DNA of 47,491 nucleotides from a virus: positions 1 to 47,491 of the IMG/VR virus record IMGVR_UViG_3300037722_000333. The stretch is one strand, 5' to 3'. Each line of letters opens with the position of its first letter. Position 1 is the first letter of the stretch. The translations under genes were made by a program, and so were the position numbers. Positions 1 through 10,834 of this stretch are shown piece by piece. The notes below the pieces were generated by a model. That model was not told where the DNA came from. It worked only from the letters and a program-made list of their open reading frames with translations, and did no database searches.

Positions 1-127
1 TTCTGAAGACGCAAGGCGCAGCTGCTGATCCGATTTGGGATACTGTTATTGCGGGATTGGTGCCGATTGAGAGGAAAGCTAGTTTAACGGATGCTGCGTC
101 GCTTGATTTTATTACTGGAATTGATGG
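1..127. repeat. terminal direct repeat, copy 1 (identical to 47365-47491)
   Basis: Base-by-base comparison of both ends gives 127/127 identity. Confidence 0.95.
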
Positions 128-590
128 GACATATCGTAGTTATATTATAAAAGGATGGGCGCAACCTGCGACAGACAATGTGGAATTGATCTTACGCACT
201 GATGGTGATGGTGGCGCATCGTTTGATGCGGGTGCGTCTGATTACACATGGAGTACGATAAATAAAACTGCGGGTGTTGCGTTGGCAGAAAGCAACGATG
301 CGACAGACCCGCAAATACCGATTATCAGGTCGAATTCAGGTATTTCAGTTGGTAATGCTGCTGATGAACGGTGCATGTTTACTATAACGTTTGAAGATCC
401 AAGCAATGCGGCGTTTAAACCTCAGATACAAAGTACCGGAATGTTTATTAGTCGAGATGCTGCCGTAGGTTATTGTATGACTTTCGGTGTTAGAAATACT
501 GCCGGAGCGATAAATGCGATTCAACTGCTGTTTTCCAGCGGCGATATCTCCGCATATGATGTAACCCTTTATGGAGTTACTAACGCATGA
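1..590 (+). CDS. tail fibre protein, C-terminal part (same ORF as 46647..47491; the linear window is cut inside this gene)
   Basis: The frame is open from base 3. Bases 1-127 equal 47365-47491 and keep the frame of the ATG at 46647. Stop is TGA at 588-590. The joined product is about 435 aa. Confidence 0.75.
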   Translation, partial: LKTQGAAADPIWDTVIAGLVPIERKASLTDAASLDFITGIDGTYRSYIIKGWAQPATDNVELILRTDGDGGASFDAGASDYTWSTINKTAGVALAESNDATDPQIPIIRSNSGISVGNAADERCMFTITFEDPSNAAFKPQIQSTGMFISRDAAVGYCMTFGVRNTAGAINAIQLLFSSGDISAYDVTLYGVTNA

Positions 591-826
591 GTAAGGTTAA
601 TCGCGGTACGGATAAGGATGGTAATCCAATTCTGGAAGATCCAACGCCGGAGTTTGAAGCGCAGCGATTGCTGGATCATGCGAATTGGGAAGCGCAGAGA
701 AACAGAACGCCGCCAGTTACGTTGCAAGATGTGACGAAAGCGGTGCTGGTTGAATTGGGCAAAATGGAGCAACTTGCAGGTTTGGAAATTCTGCAAACTT
801 GGATAGCTGAGCAAGATGGAAATTAA
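587..826 (+). CDS. hypothetical protein (79 aa), translationally coupled to the tail fibre gene
   Basis: Its ATG overlaps the upstream stop (ATGA at 587-590). Same strand, inside the late operon. No recognisable motif. Confidence 0.55.
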   Translation: MSKVNRGTDKDGNPILEDPTPEFEAQRLLDHANWEAQRNRTPPVTLQDVTKAVLVELGKMEQLAGLEILQTWIAEQDGN

Positions 827-1727
827 AGCACTACACGAGTTTCTCTCCGGTATTGCTGAGTTGGGCCGCAATGGCGACACTATGCTTGCGCATATTACAA
901 AAGCTGAGGCGAAGAAGTTAGAGAAAGCTGGCGGTAGCGGGAGTCGTAATCCAGTAACGGGATTGCCGGAATTCTTCATGGGTGGCGATGAGGGTACTAC
1001 CGACTCGATAGGTGACGCATTAGGCGATGAACAGGGAAATGCTGATAGTGCGAATTCACTAGGTCAAGGTGGATTTGATTATGGTAATGATGCGCTAGGA
1101 GGAATTTCTGATACGGTAGGAACTTCAGCTGAAGATGCGCAATCTATTTCTGAAGCCGAAGATGTTACATTTGATCTTGAAAATGTAATGGATTTGGATC
1201 AACTTTCATTAGCTATTCGTGATATGGAAGAAACTAGTTTTCTTGAGTCGATCGGTAATGTATTTGGTTTTGGGCAAACTTTGGGATTAACTCCTCAGGG
1301 ACAGCCTGAAACACAGAATACGTTCAGCATTGACCCAATGGGTATTGCAATTGGAATGGCAATGGGGCCTATCGGCTCTATGGCATATTCTCTTGGAACG
1401 AAAGCGGCCAACTTTAATTCGCCAACCGCGGTTTCATTTAATCTCTCTACTGGGCAATTTTCTATGCCAAATTATGATGCAAATGCACAATCAATGGAAG
1501 CGCCGGCTCAAGATAATGCATCGGATGCCAGTCCTGAAAAAGAGGAAGACCCGATCCTTCCAGTAGATAGTCCATTCTACAGTGCAGCAGATATTAGCTC
1601 GGATTTTGGTGATACGGTTCTCTCAATCTTAGATCAAAATGAGCAAGAGAGTATTTTCAAATTCCCTGATTTTCAATTACTCCCGCAGTTTAATAGTACT
1701 ATCCTTGGCGCTGAGATTGGAGACTGA
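816..1727 (+). CDS. acidic virion-module protein (303 aa), possible internal virion protein
   Basis: ATG at 816. The N-terminal motif GDTMLAHITKAEAKKLEKAGGSGSRNPVTGLPEFF is one I recall recurring in podovirus structural modules (memory only). The rest is D/E/G/S-rich low complexity. Confidence 0.55.
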   Translation: MEIKALHEFLSGIAELGRNGDTMLAHITKAEAKKLEKAGGSGSRNPVTGLPEFFMGGDEGTTDSIGDALGDEQGNADSANSLGQGGFDYGNDALGGISDTVGTSAEDAQSISEAEDVTFDLENVMDLDQLSLAIRDMEETSFLESIGNVFGFGQTLGLTPQGQPETQNTFSIDPMGIAIGMAMGPIGSMAYSLGTKAANFNSPTAVSFNLSTGQFSMPNYDANAQSMEAPAQDNASDASPEKEEDPILPVDSPFYSAADISSDFGDTVLSILDQNEQESIFKFPDFQLLPQFNSTILGAEIGD

Positions 1728-1729
1728 TT

Positions 1730-2611
1730 ATGGGCATCTTTGATTTTCTCACCGGCAGCGATAGTACACAGACTCAAACAGTTGAAACTGTCGAAAATCA
1801 AAAAGTTAAAGACTCCACTATACAGGGCAGTACGCAAACAGGCATATCTGAGAAAGGTACGGTAGCTGCCAGTGAGAAAAGTGAGACGCAATCGCAAGTA
1901 GTTGATCAGAGTTTTCTAGACTCTGAAATTCAATCACTGCTGGGAAATTTGATAAGGGGTATCGGCGTTAATGCGGGGTCTGCGCCAGCTGTTAATCCGG
2001 CCAGCCCGTTAACCGCTAATCAAGATTTGCTCGGGGTTATTCAGCAACGCGCGATCGGTCTACCACAAACTATCGATGAGAAGATAGCTGGAATTATCGG
2101 AGAAGCGCGTCGTTCAGGAGAAAGCCAATTAACTTCGGCCGTTAGTAATACGGCGAGGTCTGCCGGAAGTGCCCAAAATAGCTTAGTAGCTGATGTGAAT
2201 GCGTCAGGTAGAGCTGAGTTGGAAACAAGGCTGGCTGGGTTACAGGGACAATTGGGACTGGCTGGTGTTGACGCTACTGAACGCGCGCTTGCTTCGGCAT
2301 TTGCTGCTGGCGATACTCAAACTAAGACTGCTGTTGAAGTTGGAGATAACCCGGTTAATCAGATTGCGCAATTGGCGCAAATTCTCAAAGGCGCTACTGC
2401 GACGGGGACGACACAAGCTACTGGGCAAAGTTCGCAAGTAGCCGAGGAGCAACAAACCGCGGCATCGATTGAGAATTTAATTAGCGTACTTGAGAGATTG
2501 CAAGAAGGCACAACTACACGCAGTTCTTCTGGTACAACTACAGGAAGTTCGACTGGCAGTATTTTGGACATTCTCAATACAGTTAGTCGATTTATTCCGA
2601 CAGGAACATAA
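1730..2611 (+). CDS. hypothetical structural-module protein (293 aa, Q/T/S/A-rich)
   Basis: ATG lies 2 nt after the upstream stop. Long ORF in the operon. S/T/G-rich C-terminus (TRSSSGTTTGSSTGS). Confidence 0.6.
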   Translation: MGIFDFLTGSDSTQTQTVETVENQKVKDSTIQGSTQTGISEKGTVAASEKSETQSQVVDQSFLDSEIQSLLGNLIRGIGVNAGSAPAVNPASPLTANQDLLGVIQQRAIGLPQTIDEKIAGIIGEARRSGESQLTSAVSNTARSAGSAQNSLVADVNASGRAELETRLAGLQGQLGLAGVDATERALASAFAAGDTQTKTAVEVGDNPVNQIAQLAQILKGATATGTTQATGQSSQVAEEQQTAASIENLISVLERLQEGTTTRSSSGTTTGSSTGSILDILNTVSRFIPTGT

Positions 2612-2614
2612 CAA

Positions 2615-5059
2615 ATGGCTGAGATTGATCCAACTCGCGATCCGTTACTGGATGTATTTTTGGACCCCGCAGTTGCTGGCCGAGACTATATGTCGGAAAG
2701 TACCGATGTTATGGAACAGGCGGCGAAGTCGAAATCTGTACTTACGCAGACTTCCGCCGATCTATCTAACGCATTGGGCGGGTACTCTGCATTTATGAAA
2801 GAGACTGCCCGAACTGAGGCGCAATCGCTTGCTGAAATTACTCGTCAGCGTGAGCAGTTAACGAAGTTGGATGGTAATCTGGAAATCGTTAACGGCGTTA
2901 TGAGTATATTCGATCCCAACTATAGCCGCAGATATGTGCAGTCGAAGATACTCACGGAGACGTCTAAGTTAAATACGACGCAAGTTGCTAAAGAAAATGC
3001 GCGAGTTAACCTATCTACGCAATTGAACCTTGCAGAAAATCAGGCAAAAACTGCACTTAGCCAATTGGGAATTGAAGGCACTGAACGAGACGCAGCGAAT
3101 TTGCGACTGGAAGCTGCGCTGAATTTTCCAGGGAAAATGCGAGAGTATGCAAGTAACGTATTCAATAGTCATTCGTTGCGTGATCTACAGCGGTGGCAGC
3201 AAGACCCAAAATCAGCGCCGGCGGATGTTAAGGATTTAGTTGCTAGACAGCCCGGCGCATTGGATAATATCGTCACAATTAAGAAATCTGGCGTTATCAG
3301 TCTTGATGCAGCTGAGATCGCACTTGCCAACAGTAAAGCAAAGTTCCGTGATGATATCATTGATCGGACACTTTCCGGTATTCCGAATGCTTTGCTGAAT
3401 GCCGCAGCGGCAAATCCTGCAGGTAGTGAAGCGGCGAAAATTCTCAAAGCAAAAGTTCCGGGTTTAACGGATAACGAAATAGCGGCTAGTATTGAACAGC
3501 GTAATATGTCTATGAAGGCTGCTGAGCTGTCGTTACAGAATGCAGCTAACTCAGTTGCATCTGGAGATAAGCGACTTGAGCAGGAGAATATTGCGTCGGC
3601 ATTAAAAGAATTCAGCTTATCTCAATTGCAGGGTATGGTCACACTTGCAGGTCAGAAGATGGGCGCGAAGTTTTTCACTGTGAAAGCCGCTAATGGCGCA
3701 GAAGTGAATATCCCGTTGGAAGAATTGCAATCTGCCGCCGCTGCTAAATCCGCAGCAAGACAGAAATCACTTGACTTAGCCGCAACATCTGCTACTCAAG
3801 CTGCGGAAGCACGCTCCATCGTTGAGAATGCTGAAACGCAAGCTTCACGAGTTGCAAGTATCGGTAGGCAAGGGCCGACAAATCCGAATAATAAGTTGGA
3901 GGGTTTGCCAACTGACGAGATCCGTGATCTCACAGTTAAGCTGCAAACCACAAAAGCCGCACTGGCAGGGGGTTCTACCTCTGTAGCTGTGGCGAATGCG
4001 AAAGAACTTGCTAAGCAAATTGAAGGATTGCAAGCTAAAGCACTCGCCCGTATTCCAGAAGGTGGACGAGCCGCAGTTGAGGAATATATCCAAACTGGGC
4101 GAATGTCTTCAGCTAACGCATTTCAATACCTGCCAACTGCTGATCTTGAATTTGGCGTGTCTAACTCATATCTTGCGCGGGGCGCACTCACACTACAGAA
4201 TGCAATCACAAATCGCGTGACGGCAGCGAGTTTGGGAACTGAGACTATCGGCCAAGTTGGCACGTTGAAGAAAGACAATACAAAGGGTGGTAGCGTTTTC
4301 ACAGTTGAAAAACCGAAAGAGATGGTCCCGGAAGCTGATATCCGCAAGATGATTAAGGATATGGATTTGGATGTTAAGTTTAATCAGAGAAATCTGGAAG
4401 CGGTAATGATCGCTACTGTTGAACAACTGAATAAGGAAATGGGGGCGGCTGAGAATGAGTCACCGTACTCTATCGTAGCAAGGAATGGTGTTAGAAATTC
4501 TGCGAACAACGATAAAGACGGCAAATTTAGTAACGCCTTAATGTTTGAAAATCTCACCAAAGCAAGTGTTACTGCGAGGCAAGAAGGATTAATTGGCGAG
4601 GATGATGATTACTCACTCATGTTCTTGCAAGCTATGAAGAAAGTTGCGCCGCAATTCGTGGATCAAGCACTGACGCCGCAAACTCCTGAGGAAGTCGCCT
4701 ATCTGCAAGTTCTCAATGGTGGGCAAACTCTCACGCGATTGAATGCGGCTATTCAGGAATTGCAAGGTATAGCTCAATCGACAGTGCCGCAGGCTGAGGC
4801 TGCGTTTACTCGCGAAGTAGCTGAAAAAGTTTTACGCGAAGATATGGTTAATCGAGCGACGGCTCAGTCAATTGGCCAGAATAGCCCTCTAGTTCAGCAA
4901 ATACTTCCACCAAATACGCCGTCAGTTGACTCAGGAATAGCCCCGAATTTATTAAAAACTGCACAAGAGCGGTTTGGGATTAAACCTGTGCCTGACGAAA
5001 ACAACGTGATTAAAATAATTGAAAATATATTTCGTGGCGGTAACGGACAAAGCAAATGA
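2615..5059 (+). CDS. internal virion / ejection protein (814 aa, A/Q/E-rich, coiled-coil-like)
   Basis: Large ORF immediately upstream of, and ATGA-coupled to, the 1894-aa gene. Size, composition and position resemble gp15-like core proteins of podoviruses. Confidence 0.55.
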   Translation: MAEIDPTRDPLLDVFLDPAVAGRDYMSESTDVMEQAAKSKSVLTQTSADLSNALGGYSAFMKETARTEAQSLAEITRQREQLTKLDGNLEIVNGVMSIFDPNYSRRYVQSKILTETSKLNTTQVAKENARVNLSTQLNLAENQAKTALSQLGIEGTERDAANLRLEAALNFPGKMREYASNVFNSHSLRDLQRWQQDPKSAPADVKDLVARQPGALDNIVTIKKSGVISLDAAEIALANSKAKFRDDIIDRTLSGIPNALLNAAAANPAGSEAAKILKAKVPGLTDNEIAASIEQRNMSMKAAELSLQNAANSVASGDKRLEQENIASALKEFSLSQLQGMVTLAGQKMGAKFFTVKAANGAEVNIPLEELQSAAAAKSAARQKSLDLAATSATQAAEARSIVENAETQASRVASIGRQGPTNPNNKLEGLPTDEIRDLTVKLQTTKAALAGGSTSVAVANAKELAKQIEGLQAKALARIPEGGRAAVEEYIQTGRMSSANAFQYLPTADLEFGVSNSYLARGALTLQNAITNRVTAASLGTETIGQVGTLKKDNTKGGSVFTVEKPKEMVPEADIRKMIKDMDLDVKFNQRNLEAVMIATVEQLNKEMGAAENESPYSIVARNGVRNSANNDKDGKFSNALMFENLTKASVTARQEGLIGEDDDYSLMFLQAMKKVAPQFVDQALTPQTPEEVAYLQVLNGGQTLTRLNAAIQELQGIAQSTVPQAEAAFTREVAEKVLREDMVNRATAQSIGQNSPLVQQILPPNTPSVDSGIAPNLLKTAQERFGIKPVPDENNVIKIIENIFRGGNGQSK

Positions 5060-8000
5060 CCGATGAGCTAATCTTCGCTGAGGATATTGGCCGATCTCGT
5101 GCTGAGGATGATTACGCGCCAACTACTTTGGACGCTACTTTTGATCCAGATCGACAAATCCTCACGCCGAATGAGAAATCATCTCAATTCCTTCAATATG
5201 GATTGCCTGCGGCTCTCGCAGGATTTGCGGATACCGTTGGCCAATCACTCGGCTTGATCGACGAAGAGCAAATGGCCGGCGCATTGCAGAACGTATTTCC
5301 ACAATTCGGCATGTTCTATAAGGAACATCAAGAAGGTGCGCAAGTTGCTGGTGATATGGTCGGAATGTTTATTCCGGGGATGCTTGCAGTTAAAGGAGTG
5401 CGAGCGGCCAGTAGTTTGGCTAGACAGATTTCTCCAAACTCCAAACTTGTGCAATCTCTCTTTACATCTGGGAAAGCTGCCGATGAATTAGTGGCGACAG
5501 TTGCTGCACGAGATCAGTTTCTCGCCGGTCGGGGATTGCAATTGGGCGTAATCAAGGATGATGTGCGAAAAGGGCTAGTTTACGCAGCAAGAAGGACGAA
5601 GATACTCGACAGTTTTAAAGAAGCTGCCGCTTTCGAATTGGGCGTTGCTGCTACAATGAACCAATCGGAAGTTCTCTATCCCGATGAATTCTCAGTGATG
5701 GAGAATTTCTTGCTAGCGGCGGCACCGGCTGGCGCATTTATCGGTGCAGAAGCTGTCTACTTCAATCGATTGCTGCGGAATTCACTCACTAATATTGAGG
5801 GATTAGCACTTCGAGGTCTCGACCCGCAAGATATGCTGGGTGCTGAACGCACTTCTAAACCTGGCAATCGCGACGTTAAAGTTACGATCAATGCGGTTGC
5901 CGCATCTGCTAATCAGAAGGCTCTGCAAGATATTATCGATAAGCACGCTCGCGGAGTTGGGATTGCGGAAGAGGACACACTCGCAACTTCGGCTCATAAC
6001 TCATTTATACAGTCGTTAAACGCGGATACCCGGCATGAGATCGATGCAATGGCTGGGGACAATCCATATCGATTTACTAGCCGAGTTCAATTAAATGAAG
6101 GTGAAGCGTTGACGCTTATGGCGCAGGTGACTGATCCCAGTACTGGCAGTCCGGTCGCTCTCTTTGGAGTTCAATCGATTGAGCATATGCCCACTTCGCA
6201 AGTTGATATCGTCTCGCTTATACGAAAGCGTGAGAGTTCCATAACTGGGATTGAGAGCGAGATAAAGGAGCTGGCGGATGATCCAGCAACTTACAGCGAT
6301 AAGGGCAAAATTAAGAAACTGGGTGATTTGCAAGAAGAGCTGAACCGCCATAAGGCAAGTCAATTTATCGTATATGAACCGAATGGTGGAATGACAACTC
6401 TGCAAGATTACCGCATTGGTTTCCACGATACCGACGGTAGATTGCGAAAGACGAACCGCACGCAGATTGAGCCAGGCATATGGAAGATTGATTTCAATGA
6501 TGGACAACGGCACCCCACTATCGGGATTGATGAGGAATTTAATCTAGTTCTGCCCGCTATTAAAGATGTGGTGGTTAACGGGGTTAACGTAACTCACATA
6601 CTTCCGCTGAATAAGACGTTTAAGGCGGGGGAAGATTTCTCGCTGATCTTACTTGATATGGGTTATGATTGGCATTTCATGAAAGGTACTCGTGGTAAGG
6701 ATATATTCGAGTCTCTACCAAGAGAGATTCAATCTGAAATCCACAACTGGACTGGTTCATCTAGCTCTAGTAAAATTCGAGAGTGGGTAGAGTCTGGTGA
6801 TCCAAGAGCGCAGTTGATCTATCAAGCGTATGAACCAATGCGTATGCGATTGAAAGAATTGGCTGATCCAGATGGTACGATTACACTTATGCGGGGTGAG
6901 CATAGTTCTGAAACTAAAGCTATTGAAGCTGGGGCTGATAATGTAAATGATGTAGTATCAATGACTTCTGACCCGGGGATTGCTAAATCATTTGCAGATC
7001 GTGATGGATATAATGTACTGACTCGCCGTGTGCCAATCGAAGATGTGATTATGATCGTTGGCGGTAGCGGTCACGAGTATGAATACATCGTAAAGGGCAA
7101 TTCCCGTCGTTCGTTGGGTGAGAAGATAACCCCCCAATCTTGGGAAGGTCTCGAATATAAGGAAAAAACAGCTATCTGGTATGGAATTCAGGAGGCGATA
7201 GATAAATTCGATAGCCATAATACGAAATTCATCCTAAACCCCAATGACCACTATACTAAGCTGGATGCAGTCACTCGTTTGATAGAACTGCACGGCGATG
7301 ACGCATTGCGAAGTATTGATTTTGGCTCGTTTAAGGACGTTAAGCAAATCCAGTTCGCTTCGTTGGCGCAGAAATTTCAAGATTACGTTCGCGCGAGAAC
7401 CGTGCAGAATAGCACTGTCGGCGATAATCCCATACTCAAGCTGGTGAAAGATAAGAAACCCACTATCGGCGAATTAGTTAATCAATTCAATCTCCCCGCT
7501 ATGTTACCTGATGGGCGTCTCGACCCTACCGTGGAACTTTTCGAAGCGCTATTTACGGAAGGTCGTACTAAGCTATCGGATGCATTTAACACACTGGATC
7601 AGTTTGAACAGGCGGTACTTCGAGTTCAACGCCCCTACGAAGTTATTGAATTTCTAAATCGTCCAGTTCGTACGATGGGGAGGATGCTGGAGTATAATAA
7701 AAAGGCGAAGCCGGTACTTGGAGTTATGATCCCACCCCAAGTAACCGACTATACCCACGATGCGCTTATGAGAAAATCCGCGGCTCTCAATATGGAGAGG
7801 TTGAGTAAGCTAAGATCTGCGGATCAATCCGGCGCATTTATCGTCAAGACTATCGCCGACGTAATGGATAGCATTCCCGCTACTCAAGCGGCTAAGCAGG
7901 TTCATCTACTTCAGGAAGGTGAACAACGTGGTACCGGACTGGGCCGTCCACAATCAGAAGTATTTCGCGAGAGCGTTGCGTTGCGTGGTAGCGATGAGTT

Positions 8001-10740
8001 AGCGAGTAACGTAGATCGACAAGCCAACACGTTAATCAATGAGAGAATTTTCGCACCCCACACAGGGACATTTTCACGTTTGCGTGGTGGACAGAATACC
8101 GGATCGCTGGAAAGTTTCAACTTACTGATGCACGCTAATCGACAAGGATGGGATTTGGCGGAAGAGGTGGTCGATCTCGGCGAAGGCAAATTTGCATATG
8201 AGCTACTGGACACATCTCGTAATCGCGAACTTTGGCGCAATAATGGATTTGATGAGCGCCACTTAAACTTTGATACGCAAATGCTTATGCCAGCACCGGC
8301 TCGCGGAGACGGATTTCCTACAGCTGCGGTTGGTGACGAGTTAGCTATCGAAGCGTTCTCCGCAATTACATCCATGTCACGGCAAGCCGGTATTGAGAAC
8401 AACGCGATTAATCGCGCGTTGAGTTTGCCGGAAATTCACTTGAAGAACCACCATGTGCCGCCGCGGAATTTTCTTGGCAAGGAGGTGATCTATCTTGCCG
8501 ATGATCAGAATAACATAATCGGCATGGTATCAGGTAAGACAAAAGGCGAGGCTCAATCATTCGCACAGAAGGCCGAGGCAAACTATCGAGAGGAAGGCCG
8601 CGCAATTCATCAACTCACTTCGGATGATATATCAAAACATCTGGAGGCCAAGGACTTGTTCTTCGAGTCTGGGTTAAAAGATTTCTCAGATAGCTTCCGT
8701 CAAACTGGAAAAGCGCGGGGCCGTTCTGGTAGCTCAATTATCGAAACTGGTACTGGTGTTCTCGACGGCGCAATCGAATCCCTGCAACGGCAATTTCAAT
8801 CTACCATCCGCAGAACCCGTGCAGCTTATCTTGATCCGCAGATTGGCTTTGTTAAGCAACTTCACAATGCCGCTAGTCCGGAGAGTAGCAAAACCGGTCA
8901 AGATGTATACCAGCGGTGGCTAGCTAATGTATATGGGAATACGCAAGTTAATCCGAACGACGCCATCACCCGCATATACAATGCTATTGAGAGTGGTTAT
9001 GACGATGTACTGAATGCATTGGCTACTCGACAAACCCAATTACTCGGCAGGAACGCTAACGTAACTCGTGACGATAAGAAGCGCTTTGAAGCGTTGGAGA
9101 AGAAGTTAGGTGCCTACAATCCATATGAGTCAACTCTCGATTTCATGGAACGTACACATCGAGTTAAACCGCCAGCGTCCATGCGTAAACATATGGCAGC
9201 TCTCAATAATTTAACCACCTTCTTAACCCTGGGAATGTTTGAAGCTGGACACGCGTTATTGAACCTAACCTCGCTCGCTGCTACAATGCCCGGCGTTATT
9301 AAAGCAATGAATAGGCTGCCGCACGAAACTCCGGAACAATTCGGCGCACGTATTGGCGCATTCGGTACAGCCGTAACTGACGGCGTTGGAATGTTCTCAC
9401 CAGCACGCGCTATTGCAACTGGCATACACGATTGGTGGCAGCCAGAGTTTCGTGAGCAAATGCGACGTGCTGCGAATAAAGGATACTTCCGTCAAGAAAT
9501 TGCTGAAATGGTTCATTCGATAACTGAGCCAAGACAGAACTATGCAGCTTCGATAGCGCAGAAATTCGTCGATATTACCTCTGTGCTATCTCGCAAATCA
9601 GAAGAACTCTCCCGCACAATCGCGTTCGCTACCGGAATATCGATTGCAAAGCGTGGACTTAAGTTGGAGAACGAAGATGCGATGTTTGCATTCGCTCACC
9701 GTTTTGCAAATGACGTGATTGGCGATTATCGTCCCTCGAACAGACCTCGCATGTTCCAAGGTGCAGTCGGTATGCCACTTGGACTTTTCTCTACATTCAT
9801 GCTGAACTACTATAACCGCGTTTTCAATATGATTGAAAACCGTCAACTTGGCGCATTAGCTACACAGTATGCAACACAAGCTAGCGTATTCGGCGCACAG
9901 ACAGTTCCGGGGTTTGATCAGTTTTCGCAAATCTTCGCAAGCAATTATGACGGTACTGTGAACCCGGTTGATGGATTTCGTAAGCTAGTTGGCAATGACG
10001 ACATTACTGACGCAATCATGTACGGTAGTCTGTCCACCCTGCCGAAACTATTTGGCGCGGAGGACGGTATTGGTATTACGACACGAGGTGACATTAATTT
10101 TGTTCGGGTTCCAACATTATTTACTCCCGCTTCCGCCCCCGGAATTCAAATGGTTGTTAACTTTGGTACAGCATTGCGGAAAACATTCGAGGGAATTCGT
10201 CAGGAAGGTGGTATTTCTCAACAGCAAATGCTGGAGATAGCAGGCAATTACGCGCAAAACCGAGCGCTAAAGAATATGGCGATGACTTGGGCGGGCTATT
10301 CTGTTGATAAGCGCGGACAAGTTATTGACGACGATATCCGCGACGGCCTATCGATTTCAGCCCACGTAATGGGAATGCGCACGCTGCAAGAAGTAAAGAA
10401 GTTAGAAACTCTCCAGCGAGTACGGACCGCGAGTCTATCACAACGTGATCGCGCATTGCAATTGCAGGATAATCTCGGCGCGAAGATACGCGCTAATGCG
10501 CAGGGAACCCGCGATCTAACCGGGGAAGATATCGCTAATGCAGTTGGCGAACATATGCGATATGGCGGTTCACCTAGCGGGATCGGACAGTATCTAGCTA
10601 ATCAGCACAAACGCGCATTAGTTGATACGCCTACGCGGCTACTCATGGATAAGATGCGCATCCCAAGTGAGTCAGCTAATGTTGAACGCCTTATGTCCAT
10701 AATGGATTTGCCAGCTAATGATCCAGAGTTTACAGATTAA
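5056..10740 (+). CDS. giant internal virion / ejection protein (1894 aa) with embedded ADP-ribosyltransferase-like domain
   Basis: Last gene of the late operon. Hydrophobic segments near both ends. R-S-ExE signature: R613 in TLMRG (nt 6892), S635-M-T-S in VVSMTSDPGIAKSF (nt 6958), E674-Y-E676 in GHEYEYIV (nt 7075-7083). Confidence 0.7.
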   Translation: MTDELIFAEDIGRSRAEDDYAPTTLDATFDPDRQILTPNEKSSQFLQYGLPAALAGFADTVGQSLGLIDEEQMAGALQNVFPQFGMFYKEHQEGAQVAGDMVGMFIPGMLAVKGVRAASSLARQISPNSKLVQSLFTSGKAADELVATVAARDQFLAGRGLQLGVIKDDVRKGLVYAARRTKILDSFKEAAAFELGVAATMNQSEVLYPDEFSVMENFLLAAAPAGAFIGAEAVYFNRLLRNSLTNIEGLALRGLDPQDMLGAERTSKPGNRDVKVTINAVAASANQKALQDIIDKHARGVGIAEEDTLATSAHNSFIQSLNADTRHEIDAMAGDNPYRFTSRVQLNEGEALTLMAQVTDPSTGSPVALFGVQSIEHMPTSQVDIVSLIRKRESSITGIESEIKELADDPATYSDKGKIKKLGDLQEELNRHKASQFIVYEPNGGMTTLQDYRIGFHDTDGRLRKTNRTQIEPGIWKIDFNDGQRHPTIGIDEEFNLVLPAIKDVVVNGVNVTHILPLNKTFKAGEDFSLILLDMGYDWHFMKGTRGKDIFESLPREIQSEIHNWTGSSSSSKIREWVESGDPRAQLIYQAYEPMRMRLKELADPDGTITLMRGEHSSETKAIEAGADNVNDVVSMTSDPGIAKSFADRDGYNVLTRRVPIEDVIMIVGGSGHEYEYIVKGNSRRSLGEKITPQSWEGLEYKEKTAIWYGIQEAIDKFDSHNTKFILNPNDHYTKLDAVTRLIELHGDDALRSIDFGSFKDVKQIQFASLAQKFQDYVRARTVQNSTVGDNPILKLVKDKKPTIGELVNQFNLPAMLPDGRLDPTVELFEALFTEGRTKLSDAFNTLDQFEQAVLRVQRPYEVIEFLNRPVRTMGRMLEYNKKAKPVLGVMIPPQVTDYTHDALMRKSAALNMERLSKLRSADQSGAFIVKTIADVMDSIPATQAAKQVHLLQEGEQRGTGLGRPQSEVFRESVALRGSDELASNVDRQANTLINERIFAPHTGTFSRLRGGQNTGSLESFNLLMHANRQGWDLAEEVVDLGEGKFAYELLDTSRNRELWRNNGFDERHLNFDTQMLMPAPARGDGFPTAAVGDELAIEAFSAITSMSRQAGIENNAINRALSLPEIHLKNHHVPPRNFLGKEVIYLADDQNNIIGMVSGKTKGEAQSFAQKAEANYREEGRAIHQLTSDDISKHLEAKDLFFESGLKDFSDSFRQTGKARGRSGSSIIETGTGVLDGAIESLQRQFQSTIRRTRAAYLDPQIGFVKQLHNAASPESSKTGQDVYQRWLANVYGNTQVNPNDAITRIYNAIESGYDDVLNALATRQTQLLGRNANVTRDDKKRFEALEKKLGAYNPYESTLDFMERTHRVKPPASMRKHMAALNNLTTFLTLGMFEAGHALLNLTSLAATMPGVIKAMNRLPHETPEQFGARIGAFGTAVTDGVGMFSPARAIATGIHDWWQPEFREQMRRAANKGYFRQEIAEMVHSITEPRQNYAASIAQKFVDITSVLSRKSEELSRTIAFATGISIAKRGLKLENEDAMFAFAHRFANDVIGDYRPSNRPRMFQGAVGMPLGLFSTFMLNYYNRVFNMIENRQLGALATQYATQASVFGAQTVPGFDQFSQIFASNYDGTVNPVDGFRKLVGNDDITDAIMYGSLSTLPKLFGAEDGIGITTRGDINFVRVPTLFTPASAPGIQMVVNFGTALRKTFEGIRQEGGISQQQMLEIAGNYAQNRALKNMAMTWAGYSVDKRGQVIDDDIRDGLSISAHVMGMRTLQEVKKLETLQRVRTASLSQRDRALQLQDNLGAKIRANAQGTRDLTGEDIANAVGEHMRYGGSPSGIGQYLANQHKRALVDTPTRLLMDKMRIPSESANVERLMSIMDLPANDPEFTD

Positions 10741-10773
10741 AAAAGAAGGGAGCCGCCCGATAAGACCGCTCCC
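10739..10773 (-). terminator. candidate intrinsic terminator of the leftward block
   Basis: In the minus sense: GGGAGC-14 nt loop-GCTCCC followed by TTCTTTTTT. Short stem and large loop. Confidence 0.4.
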
Positions 10774-10834
10774 CCAAGTTAAGGACGTTGCTGATAATTA
10801 ATTCAACTCAGTTTAAGCTCTCTCCTAGGCTGAG

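Noticed and set aside
1-127. The terminal repeat as a biological direct terminal repeat of the virion DNA
   Set aside because: It lies in the middle of a tail-fibre coding sequence, and its length equals a standard assembler k-mer. An assembly overlap of a circular or circularly permuted contig is the simpler reading. It remains testable with reads.
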